Shown here in pieces: positions 10,840 to 20,433 of a DNA stretch of 64,000 bases. Source of the DNA: Patescibacteria group bacterium (GTDB taxonomy: Bacteria; Patescibacteriota; Microgenomatia; UBA10105; UBA927); assembly GCA_049322955.1 (NCBI GenBank), contig JBMOPU010000033.1, forward strand, positions 128,784 to 192,783, read 5' to 3'. The notes under the pieces are model-generated. The model was not told the DNA's origin, did not search any database, and was given only the letters and a program-made list of their open reading frames with translations. The position numbers were made by a program, and so were the translations under genes. Each line of letters opens with the position of its first letter. Positions within the stretch are counted from its first letter, which is position 1.

Positions 10840-12027
10840 ATGGCAGATGCAGCCAAATTTGTTCGAAATAAGCCACATTTGAATATCGGAACCATCGGTC
10901 ACGTTGACCATGGAAAAACAACCCTTACCTCCGCAATCACGCACGTCCTTGCCAAAAAAGGCATGGCGAAAGCGATGAAATATGAGGAAATCGATAATGC
11001 ACCGGAAGAAAAGGCACGCGGAGTCACCATTAACATCCACCACTCCGAATACGAAACCGACAAACGGCACTATGCCCACATTGACGCCCCGGGACATGCT
11101 GATTATGTCAAGAACATGATCACCGGAGCCGCCCAAATGGACGGAGCCATCCTGGTGGTATCCGCTCCGGACGGTCCGATGCCGCAAACCCGCGAGCACA
11201 TTCTGCTTGCAAACCAAGTGAACGTTCCGGCCATCATCGTCTTCATGAACAAATGCGACATGGTGCAGGACAAAGAGCTTTTGGATCTTGTGGAGATGGA
11301 AGTCCGTGAACTTCTCACCAAATACAAGTATCCCGGAGACAAAATCCCGGTTATCCGCGGCTCAGCGCTCAAAGCATTGCAGGGCGATGCCGATGCGGAA
11401 AAAGCAATTGAAGAGCTCATGAAGACCGTCGATGAATACATCCCGGATCCCGTTCGTGAACTCGAAAAACCGTTCCTTATGCCGGTAGAGGACGTCTTCT
11501 CTATCAAAGGCCGAGGAACCGTCGTAACCGGAAGAGTTACCCGAGGAAAAGTGAAAGTCGGCGACACGATTGAAATCGTCGGTATCAAACCGTCACAGTC
11601 AACCGTGGTTACCGGAGTCGAAATGTTTAGGAAATCACTCGACGAAGGACTTGCCGGCGATAACATCGGCGTATTACTCCGCGGCGTTGAAAAAGAACAG
11701 GTAGAACGAGGCCAGGTGCTTTCAGCGGCCGGCTCCGTGAAACCGCACACCGAATTTGAAGCGGAAGTGTACGTGTTGACCAAAGAAGAAGGCGGACGAC
11801 ACACACCGTTCTTCACGGGATACCGACCGCAGTTCTATATCCAGACGACCGACGTAACCGGAGAAGTTGCCCTTCCCCAGGGAGTCGAAATGGTTATGCC
11901 TGGAGATAGTACCAAGATGAATGTCAAACTTATCGTACCCGTTGCCCTTGAAGAAGGACTTCGGTTCGCTATCCGCGAGGGTGGTCATACGGTAGGAGCG
12001 GGAGTTGTTACAAAGATTATCGCTTAA
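10840..12027 (+). CDS. tuf: elongation factor Tu
   Basis: [22 protein letters not shown]. An AAGGAGGG Shine-Dalgarno sequence lies upstream. Confidence 0.97.
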   Translation: MADAAKFVRNKPHLNIGTIGHVDHGKTTLTSAITHVLAKKGMAKAMKYEEIDNAPEEKARGVTINIHHSEYETDKRHYAHIDAPGHADYVKNMITGAAQMDGAILVVSAPDGPMPQTREHILLANQVNVPAIIVFMNKCDMVQDKELLDLVEMEVRELLTKYKYPGDKIPVIRGSALKALQGDADAEKAIEELMKTVDEYIPDPVRELEKPFLMPVEDVFSIKGRGTVVTGRVTRGKVKVGDTIEIVGIKPSQSTVVTGVEMFRKSLDEGLAGDNIGVLLRGVEKEQVERGQVLSAAGSVKPHTEFEAEVYVLTKEEGGRHTPFFTGYRPQFYIQTTDVTGEVALPQGVEMVMPGDSTKMNVKLIVPVALEEGLRFAIREGGHTVGAGVVTKIIA

Positions 12028-12069
12028 GTTTCTTAAGGAATTAAGGCTCATTAAGCACATTAACACACA

Positions 12070-12378
12070 ATGCCAAAAGGTCGTATTCGTGTCAGATTAA
12101 AAGCATATGACAGCAGGATCGTTGATGACTGCTGTCAGAAGATACTCGATACCGCTGTAAGAACGGGTGCTCGGGTTGTGGGACCGGTTCCCCTTCCTAC
12201 CGACAAAACCCATTTTAACGTGGCGCGAGCGACATTTATCGACCGGAACAGCCGTGAGGACTTTATGATTAAAGTCCATAAGCGACTTATTGACATTGTG
12301 GAACCTACCGACAAGACCATTGATCAACTCATGCACTTGGATCTTCCGGCAGGAGTGGATATCGAGATTAAAATGTAA
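12070..12378 (+). CDS. rpsJ: 30S ribosomal protein S10
   Basis: MPKGRIRVRLKAYDSRIVD… is typical of S10. Confidence 0.95.
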   Translation: MPKGRIRVRLKAYDSRIVDDCCQKILDTAVRTGARVVGPVPLPTDKTHFNVARATFIDRNSREDFMIKVHKRLIDIVEPTDKTIDQLMHLDLPAGVDIEIKM

Positions 12379-12486
12379 TTTGAGTTTGCTGAGATACTCT
12401 GGTATACTAAGCATCTTGATATGACGCGACAAAGCGAAATATCGGAAGTGACCAAAAGTCTCGGATGAGCGTAATCCGCAAAGGGC

Positions 12487-12517
12487 GGAAAACGACCTCA
12501 ACCGAGGTCGTTTTTTT
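12487..12517 (+). terminator. intrinsic-terminator-like hairpin plus a U-run between rpsJ and rplC. It is a candidate attenuator.
   Basis: Stem gaaaacgacctc, loop aacc, then gaggtcgttttt followed by ttttg. It lies 14 nt upstream of the rplC ATG. Confidence 0.5.
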
Positions 12518-12530
12518 GTGGAATATTTAT

Positions 12531-13169
12531 ATGATAACTGCTTTACTCGGTAAAAAACTTGGACAATCGCAAGCCTTCGATGAGAACGGCAAGCGTATGC
12601 CGGTCACAAAAATTTTGGCGGGACCGAACTGGATTACCGAGGTTGAAGATAAGGAAAGCTTCAAAAGCGTTCAGCTCGGATTCGGTACCATCAAAAATCT
12701 CAGCAAGGCGGAAGCAGGACACTTAAAAAAGGCGGGGCTCGAAGACAAAAAGCTCCGCTTTTTACGTAGTTTTACGGTAGCGGAAATTGCCGAGACCGAA
12801 AAACCCGGTGCACAGGTGGCTGTTGACGCAATTTTTTCCGTCGGCGACATCATCCGCGTAACGGGGACGAGCAAGGGAAAAGGATTTGCCGGAGTGGTAA
12901 AGCGCCACAATTTTCGCGGCGGACCGCGCAGTCACGGTCAATCTGATCGAGAACGCGCACCCGGTTCCATCGGACAGACAACGACTCCGGGACGCGTGTA
13001 TAAAGGAAAGCGCATGGCGGGAAGAATGGGAAGCGATACCGTCACAATGAGAAATTTGAAAGTGGTCGCCGTTGATCCCGCAAGTCAGATTATCACGGTC
13101 AAAGGGCTGGTTCCCGGTTCGGTGAGCGGACTTGTCATCATCGCAAAAGAACCCGGTAAAAACAAATAA
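12531..13169 (+). CDS. rplC: 50S ribosomal protein L3
   Basis: The start MITALLGKKLGQSQAF is canonical for L3. The upstream in-frame ATG at 12465 would include the hairpin and was rejected. Confidence 0.9.
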   Translation: MITALLGKKLGQSQAFDENGKRMPVTKILAGPNWITEVEDKESFKSVQLGFGTIKNLSKAEAGHLKKAGLEDKKLRFLRSFTVAEIAETEKPGAQVAVDAIFSVGDIIRVTGTSKGKGFAGVVKRHNFRGGPRSHGQSDRERAPGSIGQTTTPGRVYKGKRMAGRMGSDTVTMRNLKVVAVDPASQIITVKGLVPGSVSGLVIIAKEPGKNK

Positions 13170-13171
13170 CT

Positions 13172-13876
13172 ATGGCAACGAAAACGACAAAATCAGTACG
13201 TAAAACGGTTCCTGCGGTAAAGAAAGAAGCAAAGCAGGAAGTCAAAAAAGACTCGGGTCTTTCCGTTTCCGTTGTGGATGCTTCTGGTCGCGCAAACGGC
13301 ACGGTTTCCCTTGCTCCCGAATTATTCGGCGCAAAAGTGAACAAAGAATTATTGGCGCAATCCGTCCGTGTGTATCTGGCCAACCAACGTGAAGGGGGAG
13401 CACGAAGCAAAACCCGCGGTATGGTGGAAGGATCGTCACGGAAGATTTATCGACAAAAGGGTACCGGAAAAGCACGACACGGCTCAATTCGGGCACATAT
13501 TTTCGTCGGCGGAGGGGTAGTATTTGGGCCCGTCGGTCGGGATTATCACCTTACGATGACCAAACAGATGAAACGCGGTGCATTGGTGTCCGCATTAAGT
13601 GCGAAGAAAGATGATGTTATCGTCGTTGACGGTTTGGAAGCCGTCGAAGCAAAAACGAAACAGATTGCCAAGGCGCTGACGCTCGTCGGGGCGACGGACA
13701 AAGTGTTATTGGTGCTTCCGACGGGAGCGACCGGACTTTCCCGCGCCGCGCGAAACATCGCGTCCGTGAATTTGATCGGTGCGAAGGAACTGCATCCGTA
13801 TGCACTCGTGACCCACAAAAAGATAGTTTTTACAAAGAAATCTCTGGAAGAAAGCAAAGCGCATTTTACGAAGTAA
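13172..13876 (+). CDS. rplD: 50S ribosomal protein L4
   Basis: L4-family sequence in canonical S10-operon position. Confidence 0.9.
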   Translation: MATKTTKSVRKTVPAVKKEAKQEVKKDSGLSVSVVDASGRANGTVSLAPELFGAKVNKELLAQSVRVYLANQREGGARSKTRGMVEGSSRKIYRQKGTGKARHGSIRAHIFVGGGVVFGPVGRDYHLTMTKQMKRGALVSALSAKKDDVIVVDGLEAVEAKTKQIAKALTLVGATDKVLLVLPTGATGLSRAARNIASVNLIGAKELHPYALVTHKKIVFTKKSLEESKAHFTK

Positions 13877-13877
13877 T

Positions 13878-14174
13878 ATGAAACTTATCCGACCTATTAT
13901 TACCGAAAAGTCCATGACGCTTGCCCAAAAGGGATGGTATTCTTTTATGTTGCCTGCAGGCAGTAGAAAAGAAGGGATAGCACGGGAAATCAACGATTTG
14001 TATAATGTCACGGTTCGGGAAATCCGCACGATTCGACGAAAAGGTAAGATGCAACGGACAGGAAGAAAGGCGGTACCAAAACAACGACCGGACTGGAAGA
14101 AAGCGATGGTGCGTTTGGCAAAAGGACAAAAAATAGCGATATTTGATATCGGAGATCAGTCAAAACAGGCATAA
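13878..14174 (+). CDS. rplW: 50S ribosomal protein L23
   Basis: MKLIRPIITEKSMTL… is typical of L23. Confidence 0.9.
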   Translation: MKLIRPIITEKSMTLAQKGWYSFMLPAGSRKEGIAREINDLYNVTVREIRTIRRKGKMQRTGRKAVPKQRPDWKKAMVRLAKGQKIAIFDIGDQSKQA

Positions 14175-14178
14175 TAGT

Positions 14179-14934
14179 ATGAGCAAAATAATCGTACGAT
14201 CATTGGTCACCATTCTCCCGAAAAAATCCGGGAGGGATATGTTTGGGCATGTTTCCGTACGCCATCAGGGCGGTCGGGAGAAGCGCTATTATCGGACTAT
14301 CGATTGGAAGCGGGACAAAGATAACGTACCCGCCAAAGTGCTCGACATCAGCTATGATCCGAACCGTTCTGCCGATGTTGCTCTTTTGGGCTACCAAGAC
14401 GGGGATAAACGGTATATACTAGCCCCTCTGGGTCTTAAGGTGAATGATATCGTGTTGACGGGAAGTAACATTGATGCCAAAGTCGGTAATTGTATGCCGC
14501 TTGGGAGTATGCCCGTCGGCACCATGGTGCACAATTTGGAAATCAAACCGGGAAGAGGTGCTCAAATGGTACGATCCGCGGGAAACGTGGCTACGGTTCT
14601 TGCCCGTGACGGCGCATTGGTGCAGGTGAAACTCCCCAGCGGAGAAACCCGCGTCTTTGATGCCGCGGCCAAGGCAACCGTCGGACAAGTCGGTAACATC
14701 GAATGGAAAAATCGCGTTATCGGAAAAGCGGGAAGAGCTCGACACATGGGAAAGAGACCGGAAGTTCGAGGAGTCGCCATGAATCCTCGGAGTCATCCGC
14801 ACGGAGGAGGAGAAGGACGAAGCGGCATCGGTCTTAAGTCACCCAAGAGTCCATGGGGAAAGAGAACCCTTGGAAAGCGAACGAGAAAATTACGCAAATA
14901 TAGTGACCGCTTTATTGTCGGTCGGAGGAAATAA
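14179..14934 (+). CDS. rplB: 50S ribosomal protein L2 (shortened N-terminus)
   Basis: Conserved L2 core (…[14 protein letters not shown]…, SHPHGGGEG). Start chosen at the ATG at 14179, just after the rplW stop. Confidence 0.9.
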   Translation: MSKIIVRSLVTILPKKSGRDMFGHVSVRHQGGREKRYYRTIDWKRDKDNVPAKVLDISYDPNRSADVALLGYQDGDKRYILAPLGLKVNDIVLTGSNIDAKVGNCMPLGSMPVGTMVHNLEIKPGRGAQMVRSAGNVATVLARDGALVQVKLPSGETRVFDAAAKATVGQVGNIEWKNRVIGKAGRARHMGKRPEVRGVAMNPRSHPHGGGEGRSGIGLKSPKSPWGKRTLGKRTRKLRKYSDRFIVGRRK

Positions 14935-14936
14935 CT

Positions 14937-15221
14937 ATGGCACGAAGTAGCAAAAAAGGACCGTATATTGATCCGCGAGTGCTTGCAAAAATTAACAAGC
15001 AAAAAGCGGGAGGAGATCGTGCACCGATTAAAACATGGGCGCGGGCAAGTCAGATATCTCCCGAATTTGTGGGAGTGACGTTTGCCGTCCACAACGGTCG
15101 CGTATTTACCGAAGTATTCGTTACTGAAGCGATGGTAGGACATCGGTTGGGTGAATTTGCCCCGACTCGAACGTTCCGAGGACACGGACAAGTGACGAAG
15201 CGCGTATTGGATAAGACTTAA
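14937..15221 (+). CDS. rpsS: 30S ribosomal protein S19
   Basis: [12 protein letters not shown]… is typical of S19. Confidence 0.95.
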   Translation: MARSSKKGPYIDPRVLAKINKQKAGGDRAPIKTWARASQISPEFVGVTFAVHNGRVFTEVFVTEAMVGHRLGEFAPTRTFRGHGQVTKRVLDKT

Positions 15222-15297
15222 TGCTATGTTCGTAACACACGTTACTTCGTCACAAAAAAACGAAGAAGCGATGGAACGAAAAACGAAATAACGAATT

Positions 15298-15642
15298 ATG
15301 GAATACACAGCAACAGCCAAATATATTCGAACGAGTCCGCGCAAATTGCGGTTGGTTGCCCGTGCGATTTCAGGGAAGAAAGTATCCGTAGCATTACAGG
15401 CATTAAGTGCGATGACAAAACATGCATCGGAGCCGATGACGAAAGTAGTCGCTTCCGCGGTGGCAAATGCCGTACAAAAGAAAGCGGCGGCGGAAAATCT
15501 TATGATTGCGACCGTTGACGTTATGGGCGCGCCGGCGCTCAAAAGATGGCATGCCGTCAGTAAAGGAAGCGCGCACGCGTTCAAAAAAAGAATGACACAT
15601 GTCAAAGTTGTACTCAAGGAAGTGGAGAAGAAAGGTAACTAA
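15298..15642 (+). CDS. rplV: 50S ribosomal protein L22
   Basis: L22-family sequence (AKYIRTSPRKLRLVA…). Confidence 0.9.
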   Translation: MEYTATAKYIRTSPRKLRLVARAISGKKVSVALQALSAMTKHASEPMTKVVASAVANAVQKKAAAENLMIATVDVMGAPALKRWHAVSKGSAHAFKKRMTHVKVVLKEVEKKGN

Positions 15643-15644
15643 TT

Positions 15645-16325
15645 ATGGGACAAAAAATTCATCCGTACGGATTTCGCTTAGGGCCCTTATATACATGGGT
15701 GTCCCGATGGTTTGCCGATGATGCGCATTATGCTGATTTACTGCTTCAGGATGTATTACTCCGCGAAGCATTGGCGAAGCGCTTAAAACCAGCGGGTCTT
15801 GCGCAAATCGAACTTGAACGATCAATCAACAAGTTGCGGGTCATTTTGCATGTTTCACGACCGGGATTGGTTATCGGCCGGGGAGGCACCGGACTTGAAG
15901 AAGTCAAAAAATTCATTGAAGCGGAAGTCATAAAAATTGCCCGGACCAGAAAACTCGGCAAGGCGGCTTTCGATAAAACAAAAACGAAGATTGAAGTAGT
16001 GGTGGAACCGGTCAAAGAACCGAATTTGAGTGCACATATTGTTGCCGTCAACATTGCCGATCAGCTGATTAAGCGGATGCCCCACAAACGCATCTGTATG
16101 CAAACGCTTGACCGTGTGATGACGAGTGGCGCTCGAGGAGTCAAAATCAAATTGGCAGGACGTATTGCAGGAGCTGAAATCTCACGTCGTGAGACCTACA
16201 AAACCGGGACGATTCCGCTCTCGACCCTCCGGGAAGAAGTGGATTATGCCGAGGTACCTGCACTGACGAAATCGGGATATGTCGGAGTGAAAGTCTGGAT
16301 TTGCAAAAAGAACAAATCGTTATAA
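15645..16325 (+). CDS. rpsC: 30S ribosomal protein S3
   Basis: MGQKIHPYGFRLG… and the KH domain of S3. Confidence 0.95.
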   Translation: MGQKIHPYGFRLGPLYTWVSRWFADDAHYADLLLQDVLLREALAKRLKPAGLAQIELERSINKLRVILHVSRPGLVIGRGGTGLEEVKKFIEAEVIKIARTRKLGKAAFDKTKTKIEVVVEPVKEPNLSAHIVAVNIADQLIKRMPHKRICMQTLDRVMTSGARGVKIKLAGRIAGAEISRRETYKTGTIPLSTLREEVDYAEVPALTKSGYVGVKVWICKKNKSL

Positions 16326-16331
16326 ACCTAT

Positions 16332-16748
16332 ATGTTAGCACCAAAACGAGCAAAACATCGAAAAGTATTCAGAGGCAAACGCCGAGGATTGGCGTTTCGG
16401 GGCTCGGTGCTTTCCTTCGGTGAATACGGTCTGAAGGCAATGGAATCCGGTTGGGTTTCAAGTCGGCAAATCGAAGCATCACGACGGGCACTCACGCACC
16501 ATATCCGCCGGGGCGGTCGTGTTTGGATCAGAATATTCCCTGACAAACCGATTACCAAGAAACCGCCGGAGACCCGTATGGGAAGCGGTAAGGGAGATGT
16601 TGCGGAATATGTGTGTGTCGTTAAACCGGGAAGAGTCTTGTTTGAAATGTCGGGAGTTGACGCAACACTTGCCGCGGAAGCCATGCGGCTTGCCGGTATC
16701 AAATTGCCGATCAAATCAAAGTTCATTATGAAGGAGAAGACGGTATGA
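16332..16748 (+). CDS. rplP: 50S ribosomal protein L16
   Basis: [11 protein letters not shown]… is typical of L16. Confidence 0.95.
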   Translation: MLAPKRAKHRKVFRGKRRGLAFRGSVLSFGEYGLKAMESGWVSSRQIEASRRALTHHIRRGGRVWIRIFPDKPITKKPPETRMGSGKGDVAEYVCVVKPGRVLFEMSGVDATLAAEAMRLAGIKLPIKSKFIMKEKTV

Positions 16749-16954
16749 AAAAACGGGATCGCGATGAGATGCATGGCATGAAGCCTGAGGAATTGGTAAA
16801 AAAAGCGATCGAGCTCAAAAAGCAGATTGCCTCAGAGCGCCTTGCGATGCAGACAAAAGAGGTGAAAAATAGGAGAGCGGCCAAGGAATTACGGAAAAAA
16901 CGGGCGGTCGCATTAACGATAGCTCGCCAGAAAATGCTCGCGCAAGGAAAGTAG
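16745..16954 (+). CDS. rpmC: 50S ribosomal protein L29
   Basis: Small basic helical protein in the canonical position between rplP and rpsQ. The start overlaps the rplP stop. Confidence 0.85.
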   Translation: MKKRDRDEMHGMKPEELVKKAIELKKQIASERLAMQTKEVKNRRAAKELRKKRAVALTIARQKMLAQGK

Positions 16955-16959
16955 GTATT

Positions 16960-17202
16960 ATGAAAAAACGAAAAGAATTTATCGGTACCGTGATATCAAC
17001 CAAAATGAAAAATACGATTGTCGTGGAAGTCGAGCGCATGACGCGTCATCCGCTTTACCGAAAGACAATGAAAAGCACCAAACACTTTGTCGCTCACATT
17101 GAAAATGCGGTCGTCGAAGTCGGTGACTATGTGAAGATTGCGGAAACAAAACCGATCAGTAAAACAAAACATTTTCTTTTTATTGAAAAAGTATCGAAAT
17201 AA
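16960..17202 (+). CDS. rpsQ: 30S ribosomal protein S17
   Basis: S17 OB-fold sequence (GTVISTKMKNTIVVEVER…). Confidence 0.9.
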   Translation: MKKRKEFIGTVISTKMKNTIVVEVERMTRHPLYRKTMKSTKHFVAHIENAVVEVGDYVKIAETKPISKTKHFLFIEKVSK

Positions 17203-17211
17203 TATTTACCT

Positions 17212-17580
17212 ATGATTCAACGACGTACCAATTTGACCGTAGCCGACAATTCTGGAGTACAGAAGATGGTGGTTATCCACATATACGGCGCCGGGCAAAA
17301 AACAACGGCGACATTGGGCGATGTGGTGCAATGTGTCGTAAAACAGGCTGATCCGTTGGGAATTGTCAAAGATGACGAATTGGTGCATGTGGTGATCGTC
17401 CGTGTGCGGAAAGAATACCATCGTGCGGACGGTTCATATATTCGATTTGACGATAATGCGGGTGTGGTTATCGATGATGCGGAGAATCCGAGAGGAACCC
17501 GTGTGTTCGGACCGATCGCACGCGAGGTGAAGGAAAAAGGATTTGATAAAATTGCCAGTTTGGCGGTAGAGGTTTATTAA
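17212..17580 (+). CDS. rplN: 50S ribosomal protein L14
   Basis: MIQRRTNLTVADNSG… is typical of L14. Confidence 0.95.
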   Translation: MIQRRTNLTVADNSGVQKMVVIHIYGAGQKTTATLGDVVQCVVKQADPLGIVKDDELVHVVIVRVRKEYHRADGSYIRFDDNAGVVIDDAENPRGTRVFGPIAREVKEKGFDKIASLAVEVY

Positions 17581-17581
17581 T

Positions 17582-17887
17582 ATGAAATACAAAAAAGGCG
17601 ATACCATTGTCGTGACGGTCGGGCGTGATAAGGGGCACAAAGGAAAAATTGATAAGGTGCTTCCCGCGGAATCGAAAGTCGTCGTTTCGGGAGTCAACAT
17701 GTCCAAAAGACACATGAAACGAAGAGATGAAAAGAATCCCGGAGGGATTATTGATATCGTCAAACCTATTGATGTTGCAAAAGTGGCGATCGTCTGTCCT
17801 TCATGCAACAAGCCGACACGGGTAGGCTACATTGTAGCCAAAAATGAAAAGGTCCGGGTATGCAGAAAGTGCGGAAAGAAAATATAA
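17582..17887 (+). CDS. rplX: 50S ribosomal protein L24 carrying a C-terminal CxxC…CxxC (zinc-ribbon-like) motif
   Basis: N-terminal KOW motif (KKGDTIVVTVGRDKGHKGKI). The C-terminus reads VCPSCNKPTRVGYIVAKNEKVRVCRKCGKKI. Confidence 0.85.
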   Translation: MKYKKGDTIVVTVGRDKGHKGKIDKVLPAESKVVVSGVNMSKRHMKRRDEKNPGGIIDIVKPIDVAKVAIVCPSCNKPTRVGYIVAKNEKVRVCRKCGKKI

Positions 17888-17889
17888 TT

Positions 17890-18438
17890 ATGAACACGCT
17901 TATTGAAACATACAAAAAGGAAATCGTACCCCAGCTCATGACCGAGCTTGGTATCACCAACAAAATGGCGGTGCCGAAGCTCGTCAAGATTGTGGTTAAC
18001 TGCGGTATCGGAGCAGAAGCACAGAAAGACAAGAAGATTATCGAGAAGGTAACGGAACAGCTCGGTATCATTACCGGACAAAAGCCGCATATCACTCGTG
18101 CCAAACAGGCAATTTCATCCTTTAAGCTCCGCGCAGGTGATCCTGTCGGATTACGGGTAACGTTGCGCGGTATGCGTATGTATGATTTCATTTTGCGTCT
18201 TACCGTTGTTGCACTTCCCCGTGTCCGTGATTTCCGGGGAATTCCCAACAAGGGATTTGACGGCAGAGGAAATTATACGTTGGGACTTTCCGAGCAAACA
18301 CTGTTTCCCGAACTTGATTACGGACTGATCGATCGGGTGCGCGGTTTCGAAATTACATTTGTTACAAACGCAAAAAATGATAAAGGGGGAAAGACACTCC
18401 TTAAGGCATTAGGCATGCCGTTTGCAAAGGAGAAATAA
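17890..18438 (+). CDS. rplE: 50S ribosomal protein L5
   Basis: L5-family sequence. Start taken at the ATG at 17890, immediately after the rplX stop. Confidence 0.9.
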   Translation: MNTLIETYKKEIVPQLMTELGITNKMAVPKLVKIVVNCGIGAEAQKDKKIIEKVTEQLGIITGQKPHITRAKQAISSFKLRAGDPVGLRVTLRGMRMYDFILRLTVVALPRVRDFRGIPNKGFDGRGNYTLGLSEQTLFPELDYGLIDRVRGFEITFVTNAKNDKGGKTLLKALGMPFAKEK

Positions 18439-18441
18439 TAT

Positions 18442-18627
18442 ATGGCAAAAACATCAGATGTCGTCAAATTTGAACATAAGCAGAAATTTAGTGTCCGGCA
18501 CCGAAACCGCTGTGTCCTTTGCGGCAGGTCACGTGCATATATGCGCAAGTTTAAATTGTGCCGCATCTGTTTCCGGAAACTCGCACACAAAGGCGAATTG
18601 CCGGGAGTAGTGAAGGCGTCTTGGTAA
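18442..18627 (+). CDS. rpsN: 30S ribosomal protein S14 type Z (zinc-binding, 61 aa)
   Basis: 61 aa with CVLCGRS…CRIC and the characteristic C-terminal W. Confidence 0.9.
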   Translation: MAKTSDVVKFEHKQKFSVRHRNRCVLCGRSRAYMRKFKLCRICFRKLAHKGELPGVVKASW

Positions 18628-18639
18628 AGGAGTAATTTT

Positions 18640-19035
18640 ATGATGATAAGCGACCCAGTCGGAGACATGTTGACCCGCATCAGAAATGCGGCTCTTGCCC
18701 ACAAGAAAAATGTGGAGCTTCCTTCGAGCAAGCTCAAGGTTGCCGTGGCAAAATTGCTGGTAAAAGAAGGATATCTTAGCTCGGCCGAGGAAGAAGTGAA
18801 CGAACACGGTCACGTGTTAAAGCTTGCGCTTACCTACGAAGGTAAGGAGCCGTTGCTTACGGGTATCAAACGGATAAGTAAGCCGGGTCTTCGCTGGTAC
18901 ATCAACAAGAAAAAGATCCCTATGGTTATGGGGGGTGCTGGTATTGCCATCTTATCGACGCCGCAGGGGATCATGAGCGGCAAAGATGCCAAGACCAAAG
19001 GAGTCGGCGGAGAATTATTGTGTGAAGTTTGGTAA
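18640..19035 (+). CDS. rpsH: 30S ribosomal protein S8
   Basis: MISDPVGDMLTRIRNA… is typical of S8. Confidence 0.95.
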   Translation: MMISDPVGDMLTRIRNAALAHKKNVELPSSKLKVAVAKLLVKEGYLSSAEEEVNEHGHVLKLALTYEGKEPLLTGIKRISKPGLRWYINKKKIPMVMGGAGIAILSTPQGIMSGKDAKTKGVGGELLCEVW

Positions 19036-19045
19036 GGAGCTACGT

Positions 19046-19606
19046 ATGTCACGAATAGGAAATTTACCGGTTGCAGTACCAAAAGATGTTACCATCATCA
19101 TGGCAAGTGACGCCGTAACGGTCAAAGGACCAAAAGGCGAGCTTATCGTGCCTGTCCAGAGCGGCATCGCCGTTTCCCAGGAGGGAGAAAATCTTATTGC
19201 CAAAAAGACCCGGAATGACAAAAGTACCCGGGCCGCGCACGGCACTGTCGTTGCGTTACTCAAAAACGCCATTATCGGGGTGACCAAAGGGTGGACAAAA
19301 CAGCTGGAGTTAACCGGTGTCGGATATCGATCGGCGTTAAGCGGAGCGAACCTGACGTTGAATGTCGGATTCTCCCATCCGGTGACGGTTGCTCCTCCAA
19401 GCGGCATTACCTTTGCCGTCACGGACGGAAAGATCGTGGTAAGCGGTATTGATAAATATCTGGTGGGACAAACGGCCGCAACCATTCGCGGTGTCAAACC
19501 GCCTGAGCCGTACAAAGGCAAAGGCATCAAATATACCGGTGAACATATCCGTAAAAAGGCTGGTAAATCTGCAAAAGCAGTAGGAGGGGCTCCGGGAGCC
19601 AAATAA
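19046..19606 (+). CDS. rplF: 50S ribosomal protein L6
   Basis: MSRIGNLPVAVPKDV… An AAGGAG Shine-Dalgarno sequence lies at 19034-19039. Confidence 0.9.
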   Translation: MSRIGNLPVAVPKDVTIIMASDAVTVKGPKGELIVPVQSGIAVSQEGENLIAKKTRNDKSTRAAHGTVVALLKNAIIGVTKGWTKQLELTGVGYRSALSGANLTLNVGFSHPVTVAPPSGITFAVTDGKIVVSGIDKYLVGQTAATIRGVKPPEPYKGKGIKYTGEHIRKKAGKSAKAVGGAPGAK

Positions 19607-19609
19607 TCT

Positions 19610-19939
19610 ATGAAAACGAAGAAACAGATGCGATTGAAACGAAAATTGACTATCCGACGACGATTGAGCGGTACGCAAAGCCGTCCGAGAATGTCGATTT
19701 TCCGTTCAAATACCCGACTTTCGGCACAACTCATTGATGATGAAAAGGCGGTAACTGTCGTCTCAAGCTGGGTTAAGGGTAAAAATATCGCCGCGGCGGT
19801 AAAACTGGGAGAGACGATGGTTTCCCTTACAAAAGCAAAGAAAATCACCTCCATTGTTTTTGATCGATCGGGGTATCGGTATCACGGGGCGATCAAGGCA
19901 TTTGCGGAAACCCTGCGGAGCGGAGGATTAGTTTTCTAA
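19610..19939 (+). CDS. rplR: 50S ribosomal protein L18
   Basis: L18-family sequence in spc-operon position. Confidence 0.9.
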   Translation: MKTKKQMRLKRKLTIRRRLSGTQSRPRMSIFRSNTRLSAQLIDDEKAVTVVSSWVKGKNIAAAVKLGETMVSLTKAKKITSIVFDRSGYRYHGAIKAFAETLRSGGLVF

Positions 19940-19952
19940 AAAGGAGCATATT

Positions 19953-20429
19953 ATGATGAACACGCGAAGACAAGAAAACAGACCGCCGAGTGAATTCGAT
20001 GAGAAAGTCGTTCAGGTCAATCGGGTATCGAAGAAGACCAAAGGCGGCAACAAGATCGGGTTTTCCGTACTCGTCGTCGTCGGTGACAAAAAAGGACGGG
20101 TCGGTGCCGGGTTAGGCGGCGCCCCTGATGTTTCCGCCGCAGTCAAAAAAGCGGTGATTTATGCAAGAAAGCATTTGGTGACGGTGCCGATGAATAAATC
20201 AACGATACCGCACGTGGTTTTTGTGAAACTCGGAGCGGCGAAGATCATGTTGAAGCCAGCTCCTGCGGGAACCGGCGTTATCGCGGGAGGACCCGTTCGT
20301 GCGGTGGTTGAGGCCGCCGGTATCCGGGATATCGTCTCAAAGATTCTGGGAACCAGTAACAAAGCATCCAACGTCTATGCTACGATAGAAGCTCTGAAAC
20401 AATTAAAGGCGATAAAAGCCGCAAAATAA
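19953..20429 (+). CDS. rpsE: 30S ribosomal protein S5
   Basis: S5 dsRBD and C-terminal domain (…VVVVGDKKGRVGAGLG…). Confidence 0.9.
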   Translation: MMNTRRQENRPPSEFDEKVVQVNRVSKKTKGGNKIGFSVLVVVGDKKGRVGAGLGGAPDVSAAVKKAVIYARKHLVTVPMNKSTIPHVVFVKLGAAKIMLKPAPAGTGVIAGGPVRAVVEAAGIRDIVSKILGTSNKASNVYATIEALKQLKAIKAAK

Positions 20430-20433
20430 TTCT

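Noticed and set aside
11103-11816. 237-aa minus-strand ORF inside tuf
   Set aside because: It lies entirely antisense to the highly conserved EF-Tu gene. The composition is Ser/Thr-rich, typical of antisense frames.
12465-12530. Upstream in-frame ATG extension of rplC (track start 12465)
   Set aside because: The extension would translate through the rpsJ-rplC terminator-like hairpin. The L3 N-terminus MITALLGKK… at 12531 is canonical.
14793-15617. 274-aa minus-strand ORF
   Set aside because: It is antisense to rplB, rpsS and rplV, which are unambiguously real. Spurious.
19015-19854. 279-aa minus-strand ORF
   Set aside because: It is antisense to rplF and rplR. Spurious.
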